A stretch of DNA of 64,000 bases, taken from NCBI GenBank assembly GCA_965261735.1, contig OZ253470.1, forward strand, positions 2,304,001-2,368,000. Reading direction: 5' to 3'. The translations under genes were made by a program, and so were the position numbers. The notes under the pieces are model-generated. The model was not told where the DNA came from and did not search any database. It worked only from the letters and a program-made list of their open reading frames with translations. This DNA is from Alphaproteobacteria bacterium (lineage in GTDB: Bacteria > Pseudomonadota > Alphaproteobacteria > SHVV01). Below are positions 1 through 9,017 of this stretch, one piece after another; position 1 is the stretch's first letter, and each line of letters opens with the position of its first letter.

Positions 1-460
1 CTGCTCGAAGCCGAGCGAGACCCTGTTCCTGATCTGCTGATAGACGCTGTCGGAGATGCAGATACCGCCGGCAGGGGCGAGCTCCTGGAGCCGCGCGGCG
101 ATGTTCACGCCGTCGCCGAACAGGTTCTCGCCTTCCACCATGACGTCGCCGAGGTTGATGCCGATACGCAGGCGCATGCGCCGCTCCTCGGGAACCTCGG
201 CGTTCCACTCCTCAAGCTCGGCCTGAATCTCGGCGGCGCAACGGACCGCTTCGACGGGGCTCATGAACTCGCCCATCATGCTGTCGGCCATGAGGCCGAA
301 GGGCCGGCCCTCGTGCTGGCGCACCCGCCGCTCGACGATCTCCCGCACGCTGTGCAGTGCGCGCAGGGTGCCCTCGTCGTCCGCGCCCATGAGACGGCTA
401 TAGGACCACGTCGGCCGCCAGGATCGCCGCCAGCTTGCGGCGCACGCCCTCTTCCGCCAT
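1..460 (-). pseudogene. Class III adenylate/guanylate cyclase, 5' part (runs off window), frameshifted near 403
   Basis: Manual translation gives MAEEGVRRKLAAILAADVV / YSRLMGADDEGTL...LRIGINLGDVMVEGENLFGDGVNIAARLQ. About 2 nt are missing between DVV and YSR, giving an early TAG. Confidence 0.85.
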
Positions 461-537
461 CCAGGTCTCCCGTAGTGGAGGCGCAGCTTAACGACGCCGC
501 CCGGCGTTATCCATACCGGCCTCGGGCGCCGTAGGGG

Positions 538-2982
538 CTATTCGGCGGGCAATCCGGGGCGGACGAGGGCGCGCGTGCGGGTGCGCTCGAAGCCGGGTGC
601 CGCCGGGTAGACGGGGGCGGTAAGCGGGGGTGCCGCAAACGAGGCCTCGGTCCGCAGGGCAGGTGGGGGCGTGTAAGTCGTCGTCCGCTGCGCCGGCTCG
701 CGGTCCGCGCTCCGGATCAGGGCTTCCATCGCTTTGGGCGGCAACTCCTGGCCGTGCTCGGTGCCCGCGGCGCGGGTAATGCTCTCGTTCATGAGCGTCC
801 CGCCGAGATCGTTGGCGCCCGCCGCGAGGCACGCCCTGGCGCCGTCGGGGCCCATCTTCACCCAGGAGGTCTGGATGTTGGTCAGGTGCGGATGCAGCGC
901 GAGGCGCGCGACCGCATGCATGAGCACGGCCTCGCGGAAGGTGGGCCCGCGCCGGGCGCGGCCCTTGAGGTAGAGCGGCGCCTCCATGTGCACGAACGGA
1001 AGCGGCACGAATTCGGTGAAGCCGCCGGTTGCCGCCTGTAGCTCGCGCACGCGCAGCAGGTGGCGCGCCCAGTGCCGCGGTGCATCGACGTGGCCGAACA
1101 TGATGGTCGCCGTGGTGCGAAAGCCCGCGGCATGCGCCGCCGCCATGCCATCGAGCCATTGTGCCGTGTTGATCTTGTCGGGGCAGATCACGGCGCGGAC
1201 CTTGTCGTCGAGGATCTCGGCCGCGGTGCCCGGCAGGGTCCCGAGCCCCGCCTCCATGAGCGCGGCGAGGAAGGCCGGCACTTCGAGCCCGAGGGTGTGG
1301 GCACCCTGCCACACTTCGAGCGGCGAGAAGGCATGCACGTGCATGTCGGGCACCGCCTCCTTCACCGCGCGACAGATGGCGAGATAGGTCTCGCCCGTAT
1401 AGTCGGGGTGGATGCCGCCCTGCATGCACACCTCGGTCGCGCCGCGCTGCCATGCTTCGCGGGCGCGCCGCGCGATCTCGCCGAGATCGAGGTCGTAGGC
1501 GCGGCCGCGCAGGTTTTCGCTGAACTTGCCCTTGGAGAAGGCGCAGAACTGGCAGCGGAAGTAGCACACGTTGGTGTAGTTGATGTTGCGGTTGACGACG
1601 TAGGTCACGCTGTCTCCCGAGACCCGGGCACGCAGCTCGTCGGCGGCCCCGCACACGGCCTCGAACTCGGCGCCGCGGGCCGCGAACAGGCGCACGATGT
1701 CGGCCTCGGACAAGCCCTCGCCAGCTTGAGCCCGGCCCACGATGCGCGAGACCTCGGCCGCCGGGCTCGGGGCGTGGGGGGGCGCCGGCGGCGGCGCCGT
1801 CGACACGCCAGGCGACCACGCCTCCGCCCGCGCAAAACCATCGGCGTCGATGGCGCGCAGCACGTGTGGCCGCAGGTTCGCGTCGAGCCAGCGCTCGCCG
1901 TTGAGCGCGTAGGCGGGGTAGAGGGCGAGGCGCTCCGTCAGTAGCTTGCCGGCCGCCGCCGTCTCGCGCGCCAGCGCATCGAGCTGCGGCCAGGGCGCCT
2001 CGGGGTTGACGTAGTCCGGCGTGACCGGTGACACGCCGCCCCAGTCGTTGATGCCGGCGCCGACGAGCCGCGACAGCGCGCCGGGGCTTAGGTTGGGGGG
2101 CGCCTGGATGTTCATCGCCGGCCCGAACAGGAGGCGGGCGACGGCGATCGTCCAGCACAGCTCATCGAGCGAGGGCTCGGGCGCGTCGGCCATGCGCGTC
2201 GCCGGCTTGGCGCGGAAGTTCTGGACGATGATTTCCTGGATGTGGCCGTAGCGGTCGTGAAGCGCGCGCAGGGCGAGCAGCGATTCGATACGCTCGGCGC
2301 GCGTCTCGCCGATGCCGATGAGGATGCCCGACGTCATCGGAACCGCCATCTCGCCGGCGAGCCGCAACGTCTCGAGGCGCACGGCCGGGTCCTTGTCGGG
2401 CGAGCCGTAATGCGCCCCGCCCTTGGCGCACAGCCGCGGCGCCGCACTCTCGAGCATGATGCCCTGCGAGACCGACACCTCGCGTAGGGAGCGCAGGTCG
2501 TCGGCCCCCATGACGCCAGGGTTGAGGTGCGGCAGGAGCCCGGTTTCGTCGAGGACGAGGCGGGCTGCGGCGCGCAGATAGGAGAGCGTCGTCTCATGGC
2601 CCACTTCGGCGAGCTCGCGCCGCGCCACCGCGTAGCGCAGCTCCGGCTTGTCGCCGAGGGTGAACAGTGCCTCCTTGCATCCGGCGGCGGCACCGGCGCG
2701 CGCGATGGTGAGAACCTCGTCGAGCGTGAGGTAGGCGCGCTGTCCCCGCCGCGGCGGGTGCGCGAAGGTGCAGTAGTGGCACACGTCGCGGCACAGTTGC
2801 GTGAGCGGGATGAACACCTTGCGCGAATAGGATACGAGGTCGCGATGGCCGGCATCGCGCAGACCGGCGCCCGCCTCGGCTAACGGCCCGAGTTCGCTCC
2901 GTGTGAGTTCGCTTGCCGAGGCGTCCTCGAGGCGATCGCGGTCGCCGAGGCGGCTGAGCCACGGGTTTTCGCGCCCCCTCAC
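538..2982 (-). CDS. fbiC: FO synthase, fused CofG-CofH radical SAM enzyme
   Basis: Two CxxxCxxC motifs (CRDVCHYC, CYFRCQFC); NRNINYTN and PGTAAEIL motifs; GTG start overlaps the cofC stop (GTGA). Confidence 0.95.
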   Translation of the reverse strand: MRGRENPWLSRLGDRDRLEDASASELTRSELGPLAEAGAGLRDAGHRDLVSYSRKVFIPLTQLCRDVCHYCTFAHPPRRGQRAYLTLDEVLTIARAGAAAGCKEALFTLGDKPELRYAVARRELAEVGHETTLSYLRAAARLVLDETGLLPHLNPGVMGADDLRSLREVSVSQGIMLESAAPRLCAKGGAHYGSPDKDPAVRLETLRLAGEMAVPMTSGILIGIGETRAERIESLLALRALHDRYGHIQEIIVQNFRAKPATRMADAPEPSLDELCWTIAVARLLFGPAMNIQAPPNLSPGALSRLVGAGINDWGGVSPVTPDYVNPEAPWPQLDALARETAAAGKLLTERLALYPAYALNGERWLDANLRPHVLRAIDADGFARAEAWSPGVSTAPPPAPPHAPSPAAEVSRIVGRAQAGEGLSEADIVRLFAARGAEFEAVCGAADELRARVSGDSVTYVVNRNINYTNVCYFRCQFCAFSKGKFSENLRGRAYDLDLGEIARRAREAWQRGATEVCMQGGIHPDYTGETYLAICRAVKEAVPDMHVHAFSPLEVWQGAHTLGLEVPAFLAALMEAGLGTLPGTAAEILDDKVRAVICPDKINTAQWLDGMAAAHAAGFRTTATIMFGHVDAPRHWARHLLRVRELQAATGGFTEFVPLPFVHMEAPLYLKGRARRGPTFREAVLMHAVARLALHPHLTNIQTSWVKMGPDGARACLAAGANDLGGTLMNESITRAAGTEHGQELPPKAMEALIRSADREPAQRTTTYTPPPALRTEASFAAPPLTAPVYPAAPGFERTRTRALVRPGLPAE

Positions 2983-3644
2983 GCCGAGAGCTCCGCGGCG
3001 GCCATAGCGCCCATGTCGTCCTCGGCGAGCACGGCGTGCGTGCGCGTGCGCGCCGGCCGGCCGCGCAGGGCGGCGAGGTCCTCGGGCGTGTCGATATCGA
3101 GGGCGAGCCCCGGCAACCGCTCGATGCGGGGCGCGATACCGCGCCGGCGCGCGGCCGCGAGGTGGGGGAAGAAGCTGTCGGCGCCGAAGCGTAGCGGCAC
3201 CGAGTCGGGCGGCGAGCAGACGACGCAATTGGACCCGCGCTCGTCGCGCGAGGGCACGATCGTCATCGCCGGTGCGGAGCCGTGGGCGGCGAGGACCTGA
3301 GCAAGCTCGGTCGCGCTGAGGAGGGGAACGTCGCCCGGCACCACGACCATGCCGGCTGTGCCCTCGGCGCTCAGCACATCGGCCGCGTGCGCCACCGCCT
3401 CCGTTTGACCGCGGTTCTCGGGCTCGGCTATCAACCGGGCGCCGAAACGCTCGGCGAGGCCGGCGCCTTCCGAGCCCGGCTTGGCCACCACGGCAATCCC
3501 GTCGAGGCCCGGCGTCGCCGATAGCGCCGATAGCACGTCATCGAGCATGGCGGCGAACAACCGGCGGCGCTCGTCGGGGCTCAGCACCCCTGCGAGCCGC
3601 TGCTTGGCGTCGGCAAAGTCCTTGATCGGCAGGACCGCCCACAT
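2979..3644 (-). CDS. cofC: 2-phospho-L-lactate/PEP guanylyltransferase
   Basis: MWAVLPIK..AKQRL, GDVPLL, FGADSF..H and LDIDTPEDL motifs; lies in the F420 operon. Confidence 0.93.
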   Translation of the reverse strand: MWAVLPIKDFADAKQRLAGVLSPDERRRLFAAMLDDVLSALSATPGLDGIAVVAKPGSEGAGLAERFGARLIAEPENRGQTEAVAHAADVLSAEGTAGMVVVPGDVPLLSATELAQVLAAHGSAPAMTIVPSRDERGSNCVVCSPPDSVPLRFGADSFFPHLAAARRRGIAPRIERLPGLALDIDTPEDLAALRGRPARTRTHAVLAEDDMGAMAAAELSA

Positions 3645-3681
3645 AGGTCCCTCCCCACAAGCGGGCGTACCCTTGGCCGTG

Positions 3682-4662
3682 TCATATACCAGCATCGCAG
3701 GCGAGCGCGCCAGCAAAGTCAAGCACCACATGGGCCAACGATACGCGGTCCTCCAAGCTCTCCATCACCGTTGCGGCGACCACGACGCGGAAGCCGAGAT
3801 CGCCCACCGCGCCGGCCAGCCCAGCGTCCGCCGTGTCGAGGACGAAGCCGTCGAGCAGGTCGCCGTAGTGGCGCGCGACGGCCAGGACGGACGCATCGAG
3901 CCCGAGCTCTTCCATCATCTTGGCCGTCGGGCCCTTGAGTGCGCGCCCACCGATAATGGGCGAGACCGCGATGACCGGCGCCGGGCCAGCGGCGAGGGCT
4001 TCGCGCACCCCGGGCAGGCTGAGGATGGGATCGATGCTGATGAACGGGTTCGAGGGGCACAGCACCACGGAGCGCAAGCCAGGCGCCCGCAGCGCGCCGA
4101 GAAGAACGGGCTGAGGGCGGGCCGCCGCGGCGCCATCGAAGCGGAACCCGGTGACCACGGGGTTGCACTGCCGGCGCACGAAGTACTCCTGGAAGGCGAT
4201 CTCGCCCTCGGCCGCCTCGACGATCGTGCGCACGGGATCGTCCGACATCGGCAAGAGGCGCGGCTGGACGCCGAGGCGGGCGGCGACATCGGCCGTGATG
4301 GTGCTCAGGGGCTCGCCTGCGGCGAGGCGCCGGGTGCGTTCGACGTGGAGGGCGAGGTCGGCGTCGCCGAGGTGAAACCAGGTCTCGCCGCCGAGCGCCG
4401 CCATCGCGGCCATGAAGGTCGCGGTCTCACCGGCACGGCCCCACCCGGTGTCGGGGTTGGCGAGGCCCGCGAGCGTGTAGGTGAGGGTGTCGAGGTCGGG
4501 ACAGATGCGCAAGCCCAGATGGTCGAAATCATCGCCCGTGTTGGCGACCACCAACAGCGCCTCAGGCGCCAGCACCTTGGACAGGCCGAGCGCGAGCTTG
4601 GCGCCACCCACACCGCCGGACAGGGCGACGCAGTCGATGCCGCTCGCATCCAACGCGCTCAC
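3682..4662 (-). CDS. cofD: 2-phospho-L-lactate transferase
   Basis: LSGGVGGAK, NTGDD, PDLDT, PSNPFISIDPIL and KGPTAKMM motifs; GTG start overlaps the cofE stop. Confidence 0.95.
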   Translation of the reverse strand: MSALDASGIDCVALSGGVGGAKLALGLSKVLAPEALLVVANTGDDFDHLGLRICPDLDTLTYTLAGLANPDTGWGRAGETATFMAAMAALGGETWFHLGDADLALHVERTRRLAAGEPLSTITADVAARLGVQPRLLPMSDDPVRTIVEAAEGEIAFQEYFVRRQCNPVVTGFRFDGAAAARPQPVLLGALRAPGLRSVVLCPSNPFISIDPILSLPGVREALAAGPAPVIAVSPIIGGRALKGPTAKMMEELGLDASVLAVARHYGDLLDGFVLDTADAGLAGAVGDLGFRVVVAATVMESLEDRVSLAHVVLDFAGALACDAGI

Positions 4663-5426
4663 CGGAACAAATCCTCCTCGGCCGAGCGGACGAGAGCGGC
4701 CGCGTTGGTGCCGGCCTCGGCCGCGAGGCCGCGCACGAGAACGACGGGCGTGCCCTCGTCGGCCTGGCCCTGCACGAGCGAGGCGGCGGCCGCGAGCTCG
4801 TCGGCGAGCCCGACCTCGGTGGCGATCAGCGGGCGCCCGAACAGATCGAGCCGGCCGCGCAGGTCCTGCAGCGCGGGCAGGCCCGCGGCGCCGAGCGCCA
4901 TGCCCATCGTGCCGTTGCGAAAGGCGCGGCCGGTGCTGTCGTTGATGACGACGGCGACGGGCATACCCGTGCGCACCGCCAGCGCATCGCGCAAGGAGGC
5001 GCACGTCGCGTCGGGGTCGACCGGCAGCAGCAGAACGCGCTCACCCTCACCCGCGGGCTCGACGTTGGAGGCGTCGATACCGGCATTGGCCATGACGTAG
5101 CCGAGCCGATGGACGACGATCAGCACCCCGGGCCGATGGCGCAACACCTCGCCCGACTCCGAGAGGATGAGCTCGACCAGGCGCGCGTCCTTGTGCGCTG
5201 CCGTGGCCAAGTCGCGCGCCCGCGCCGATGGCGTCACGTCGCGCAGATCGACGAAGCGGTCCTCGGCCTTGGAGATGATCTTTTGCGCGATCACCAGCGC
5301 ATCGCCGGCGCGCAACGCCTCGCCCGCCCGCTCGACGCCCTCGAGGATGAGCCCGGCGAGGTCGTCGCCGGGCTGCACCAGCGGCATGCCGGGGAGCGCG
5401 ACGAGCTCGATTCTGGCGTAAGCCAC
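4659..5426 (-). CDS. cofE: Coenzyme F420-0:L-glutamate ligase (stand-alone, no nitroreductase domain)
   Basis: QKIISKAE, ANAGIDASN, PVDPD, DSTGRAFRNG and C-terminal DLFR motifs. Confidence 0.95.
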   Translation of the reverse strand: MAYARIELVALPGMPLVQPGDDLAGLILEGVERAGEALRAGDALVIAQKIISKAEDRFVDLRDVTPSARARDLATAAHKDARLVELILSESGEVLRHRPGVLIVVHRLGYVMANAGIDASNVEPAGEGERVLLLPVDPDATCASLRDALAVRTGMPVAVVINDSTGRAFRNGTMGMALGAAGLPALQDLRGRLDLFGRPLIATEVGLADELAAAASLVQGQADEGTPVVLVRGLAAEAGTNAAALVRSAEEDLFR

Positions 5427-5447
5427 CCCGGCCGATCCGCGCCTAGC

Positions 5448-6134
5448 CTATCGGTCCGCGGCGCTCGGCGCCGACGGGTCGCCGGTGATGCGGATGCCGG
5501 CGCCGTCGATCTTGTAGTGCCGGTTGATGAAGATCAGCGCCGAGGTCAGCGCCTCGGCGATGACCGAGTTGGCGATCGGCCCGGCGTGCCAGGCGCGCAG
5601 GCCGGCGGACGCGGCCAACCCGACCACGGTCTCGCGTGCCTCGGCGTCGTTGCCGCACACGAGCACGTCGCAATCGATGGTCGTATCGCCCTCGCTGAGG
5701 CGCTCGGCGGCGATGTTCTGGAAGGCCGACACGACGCGAACCTCATCGCCAAGCAGCTCCTGCGCGGCCTGCGCCACCGACCCGCCCGCCGGCAGCGTCA
5801 CCGTGCTCACGCGCGGCGGCACCAGCGGTACCGTGGCATCGATAAGGATCTTGTCGGCGCTGCCGGCCCGCACCTCCGCCAGCATCGCGTCGTGGCTCGC
5901 GAACGGCACGGCGAGCACGACGATCTCAGCCGCCTCGGCCGCGGCCCCGTTGGCCATGCCGCGCACGCGCCCGCCGCTACGCGCGCCCAACTCTTGCGCC
6001 GCCGCCGCCGCCCTATCTGGCGAGCGCGAGCCGATGATGATGTCGTGGCCGGCGCGCGCCCATCGTAGCGCGAGCCCGGCGCCGAGCGCGCCGGTGCCGC
6101 CAATGACGGCGATGCGGGTGGGGGTGTCGGTCAT
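5448..6134 (-). CDS. npdG: NADPH-dependent F420 reductase (Fno)
   Basis: IGGTGALGAGLA, IGSR, VVSAFQN and EALTSALIFIN..YK..GAGIRITG motifs. Confidence 0.92.
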   Translation of the reverse strand: MTDTPTRIAVIGGTGALGAGLALRWARAGHDIIIGSRSPDRAAAAAQELGARSGGRVRGMANGAAAEAAEIVVLAVPFASHDAMLAEVRAGSADKILIDATVPLVPPRVSTVTLPAGGSVAQAAQELLGDEVRVVSAFQNIAAERLSEGDTTIDCDVLVCGNDAEARETVVGLAASAGLRAWHAGPIANSVIAEALTSALIFINRHYKIDGAGIRITGDPSAPSAADR

Positions 6135-6226
6135 GGGAGGTCCTGCCTGGCGAACGGGCGGCTTTGACGGTGAGCCCGCGAAAGATGTTATTTAGCACCG
6201 TCCGCCGGGCTCGGCCACGGCGGGGA

Positions 6227-6325
6227 CCCCCTCCCCCTACCCCCTCCCACGAGGGGAGGGGGAATTGTGACGCGATGTCCAGTCGTTAACCCTCCCCCTT
6301 GATGGGGGAGGGTTGGGTGGGGGTG
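6227..6325. repeat. Inverted doublet of C/G-rich hairpin-plus-tail repeat (REPIN-like), copy 1
   Basis: Units 6227-6262 and 6290-6325. The reverse complement aligns with 13294-13397, including the spacer. Confidence 0.85.
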
Positions 6326-6367
6326 AGGCCGGCGGCGGCCACGGGATGCAGGGCGGGGGGTGGCGTG

Positions 6368-7393
6368 ATGGGTGACTTTCAGTTCGGCCTCATGATTCGC
6401 GGCCAGTTCTCGCCGCCCGACGACATGTCGGTGCGCTTCCGCGAGCTGATGGAGCAGGCGCGGCTCGCGGACGCGCTGGGTTATGCCTCGATCACCAACG
6501 GCTCGCACTACAGCACGAGCCCGTTTCAGGACTTCCAGCAGTTCCCGTTCCTGTCCCGCGTCATGGCCGAGGCGCCGCGCGTCCGGCTCAATGCCGGCAT
6601 CGTCCTGCTCGCGCTGCACAAACCGCTCGACATCGCCGAGCAGCTCGCCACCATCGACGTGATGTCGGGCGGCAAGCTCATCTTCGGGGCCGCGCTCGGC
6701 TACCGCGAGGTCGAGTTCAAGGCGTTCGGCACCACGCACGCCGAGCGGGTCACGCGCTTTGAGGAGAATCTCATCGCGATCAAGCGGCTGTGGACCGAGG
6801 ACGGCGTCGACATGGTGGGCTCGCACTTCGAGCTTGAGGGCGCGAGCTGCGCGCTCAAGCCGACACAAAAGCCTCACCCGCCGATCTGGATCGGCGCCAA
6901 CGCCGACGTCGCGATCCGGCGCGCGGCCCGGCTCGGCGACTGCTGGTACGCCAACCCGCACGGCCGCATCGATACTATCGAGCGCCAGGTCGAGGTCTAC
7001 CGCCGCGCGCTCGACGACGAAGGCAAGCCCTTCCCTGCCGAGTTCCCGGGCCGGCGCGAGGTCTTCGTCGCCGCCAGCCGCGACGACGCGGTGCGCCTCG
7101 CCGGCCCCTACCTCGCGACCAAGTACAAGGTCTACCACGACTGGGGCCAGGACAAGGCGATGCCGCAGGGCGATGACGACCTCGGCCAGGATTTCGACGA
7201 GCTCGCGCGCGACCGCTTCATCCTGGGCGGACCGGACGAGGTCGCCGAGCAGATCCTCAACCTCCACGCCCGCACCGGCCTCAACCACCTGATCATGAGC
7301 ATCCAGTGGCCCGACATGCCGCAGGCCCTGGTCAACGAGACCATGCACCGCCTCGCCGAGGAGGTCTTCCCGCAAGTCCGCGACGGGATGTGA
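6368..7393 (+). CDS. Luciferase-like monooxygenase (LLM) family oxidoreductase, possibly F420-dependent
   Basis: AEQLATIDVMSGG, GYREVEF, KPTQKPHPPIWIG and RAARLGD motifs; divergent from the F420 operon. Confidence 0.9.
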   Translation: MGDFQFGLMIRGQFSPPDDMSVRFRELMEQARLADALGYASITNGSHYSTSPFQDFQQFPFLSRVMAEAPRVRLNAGIVLLALHKPLDIAEQLATIDVMSGGKLIFGAALGYREVEFKAFGTTHAERVTRFEENLIAIKRLWTEDGVDMVGSHFELEGASCALKPTQKPHPPIWIGANADVAIRRAARLGDCWYANPHGRIDTIERQVEVYRRALDDEGKPFPAEFPGRREVFVAASRDDAVRLAGPYLATKYKVYHDWGQDKAMPQGDDDLGQDFDELARDRFILGGPDEVAEQILNLHARTGLNHLIMSIQWPDMPQALVNETMHRLAEEVFPQVRDGM

Positions 7394-7414
7394 GGCGGGG
7401 CGCCTGCGCGGCGT

Positions 7415-8301
7415 TCAGGCCATGACCACGGTCGCGACGGCGCGGCGCGGGCTGGGCGGCGCTTCTCGCGTCGGATGGCCCATGCGAAAGGCGAAGGTCG
7501 GCTTCCAGTCCGGGCCGCCCTCCGTCAAGCCCGCCAACACCGCCGCCGTGCGCGGTGGCAGATTCAGCTGACGTTCGCGATCGACCATCTCGGGCAGTTG
7601 GTTGAGGGGCTGCATCGCGAGACCCGCCGCAGTCGCCCACAGGTGCATCCGCTGCCACAGGCGGCCGACCTCGAGGGCGGCCGGTCGGTCGTAGAGGTCG
7701 TGCACCGACAGGAAGCCGGTCATGCGCGCGGTCGCGAGATGCACGTCTCGCGCCGTCTCGAGCCATATCCGGTGGCTCTCCTCGCTGGACGGCGGCGGCA
7801 GGAGCCGCGCGGCCGTGCGGATGAGCGGCGGCAGGCCAACCGAGCGCAGGGTGACGCCGTCGCGATGGCGCGCTACGGCGGCCGGAGTGAAGCGGAACCA
7901 TGCCTCGCTGTCGTGCACCATTTCCGCATCGGCGACGATCATTCCCGTGGCCCGAACCGTCGCCAGGTCGAAGCGCTCGCGCGCCGGGCCGTCGCGGTAG
8001 AGGTCGAGCTTGACGTCGGGCTGGTTGGCCAGGCCGGCAAGTAACGCAACGAGTTCTTCCGCTACCGGGCGGTCCGCGTCATAGGCGCCGCGATTCGTGT
8101 GGCGCTCGGGGATCGCCTTATAGAGATCGGATTCCCCCCGCTGACCGGGCCGCATCTGCACCCGCGCCACCAACAGCGGCGGCGGCGCATCCGGCGGAGG
8201 ATCGAGCGTGCCGGGCACGAGTTCGACGTCCGGCACGAAACCCTGTGCGCGGGCGGCGAGCACCATGTTCTCCAGCGCGCAACCAAGACTGATGAACATT
8301 T
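7415..8301 (-). pseudogene. Acg-family/nitroreductase-like protein, 3' remnant
   Basis: EMFISLGCALEN, RHTNRGAY, GRLWQRMHLWAT..GLAMQPLNQ and SPRR motifs; cut at the IS1595 left end. Confidence 0.85.
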
Positions 8302-8891
8302 CTTGCCTATCCGGTTTACACCCACACCCACTAGGGCTAGAATGGGCGCAACCCGGATATAGGGGAGCGCGCCATGGATGTTCTCGACCGCGCCGATCTC
8401 CCATTCCCGCATTCGCTACCCGAGTTCCAGCGACTTTTCCCCGATGATGCGGCCTGCGCCGCCTACCTGGAGAAAGCCCGCTGGGGAGACGGCTTTGCGC
8501 TGCCGCAAGTGCCGCCAGAACACCGGGCTGACGGTGGGAACAGTGATGGAGCGTAGCCACACTCCGCTGAACGTCTGGTTCTGGGCCGCTTATCTGGTCG
8601 CCAGTCAGACGCCCGGCATGTCCGCCGTGCAGTTTCAGCGGCAACTTGGTCTTTCGCGCTACGAGACGGCCTTTCAAATTCTCCACAAGCTCAGCTCGGG
8701 CATGGTGCGGCCCAACCAAGACAGGATCGGTGGACAGCCCAAGAACCATGTTGAGGTGGACGAAACCTGGGTTGGCGGGCGAACGCGTGGGGAAGGCCGT
8801 GGTGTTCACCACAAGGTTCCCGTCTCCTGTGCCATCGAGGTGCGTCATCGAAAGCCGGGCACCAAGCTCGACAACCGGAAAGACGGACGCT
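8302..8891 (+). mobile_element. IS1595-family (ISSod11 group) copy 1, internally deleted and 3'-truncated
   Basis: Left TIR CTTGCCTATCCGGTTTACACCCA. Near-identical to 21169-22266 but lacks a 62-bp internal segment and everything after about 8891. Confidence 0.92.
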
Positions 8892-8981
8892 GGTGTCGTA
8901 GGCTCGCCAAACGAGCCCGCCCGCGACGATCACGGTGACCGCCCCGGCGCCTTGCAGCACCCGACGGCGTTTCACGGCCAC
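8892..8981 (-). pseudogene. 5' remnant of the Acg-like gene (twin-arginine signal peptide)
   Basis: MAVKRRRVLQGAGAVTVIVAGGLVWRAYDT, then joins IS sequence. Confidence 0.7.
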
Positions 8982-9017
8982 TCCATCGACATGCGGTCTG
9001 CCGCCACAGCCCTCAGG

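Noticed and set aside
488-5100. Long overlapping or antisense ORFs (e.g. 488-2158, 3481-5100; also 23196-25946, 49045-51405, 53844-55748)
   Set aside because: Arg/Pro/Ala-rich shadow frames of real genes, expected in high-GC DNA; no recognisable motifs.
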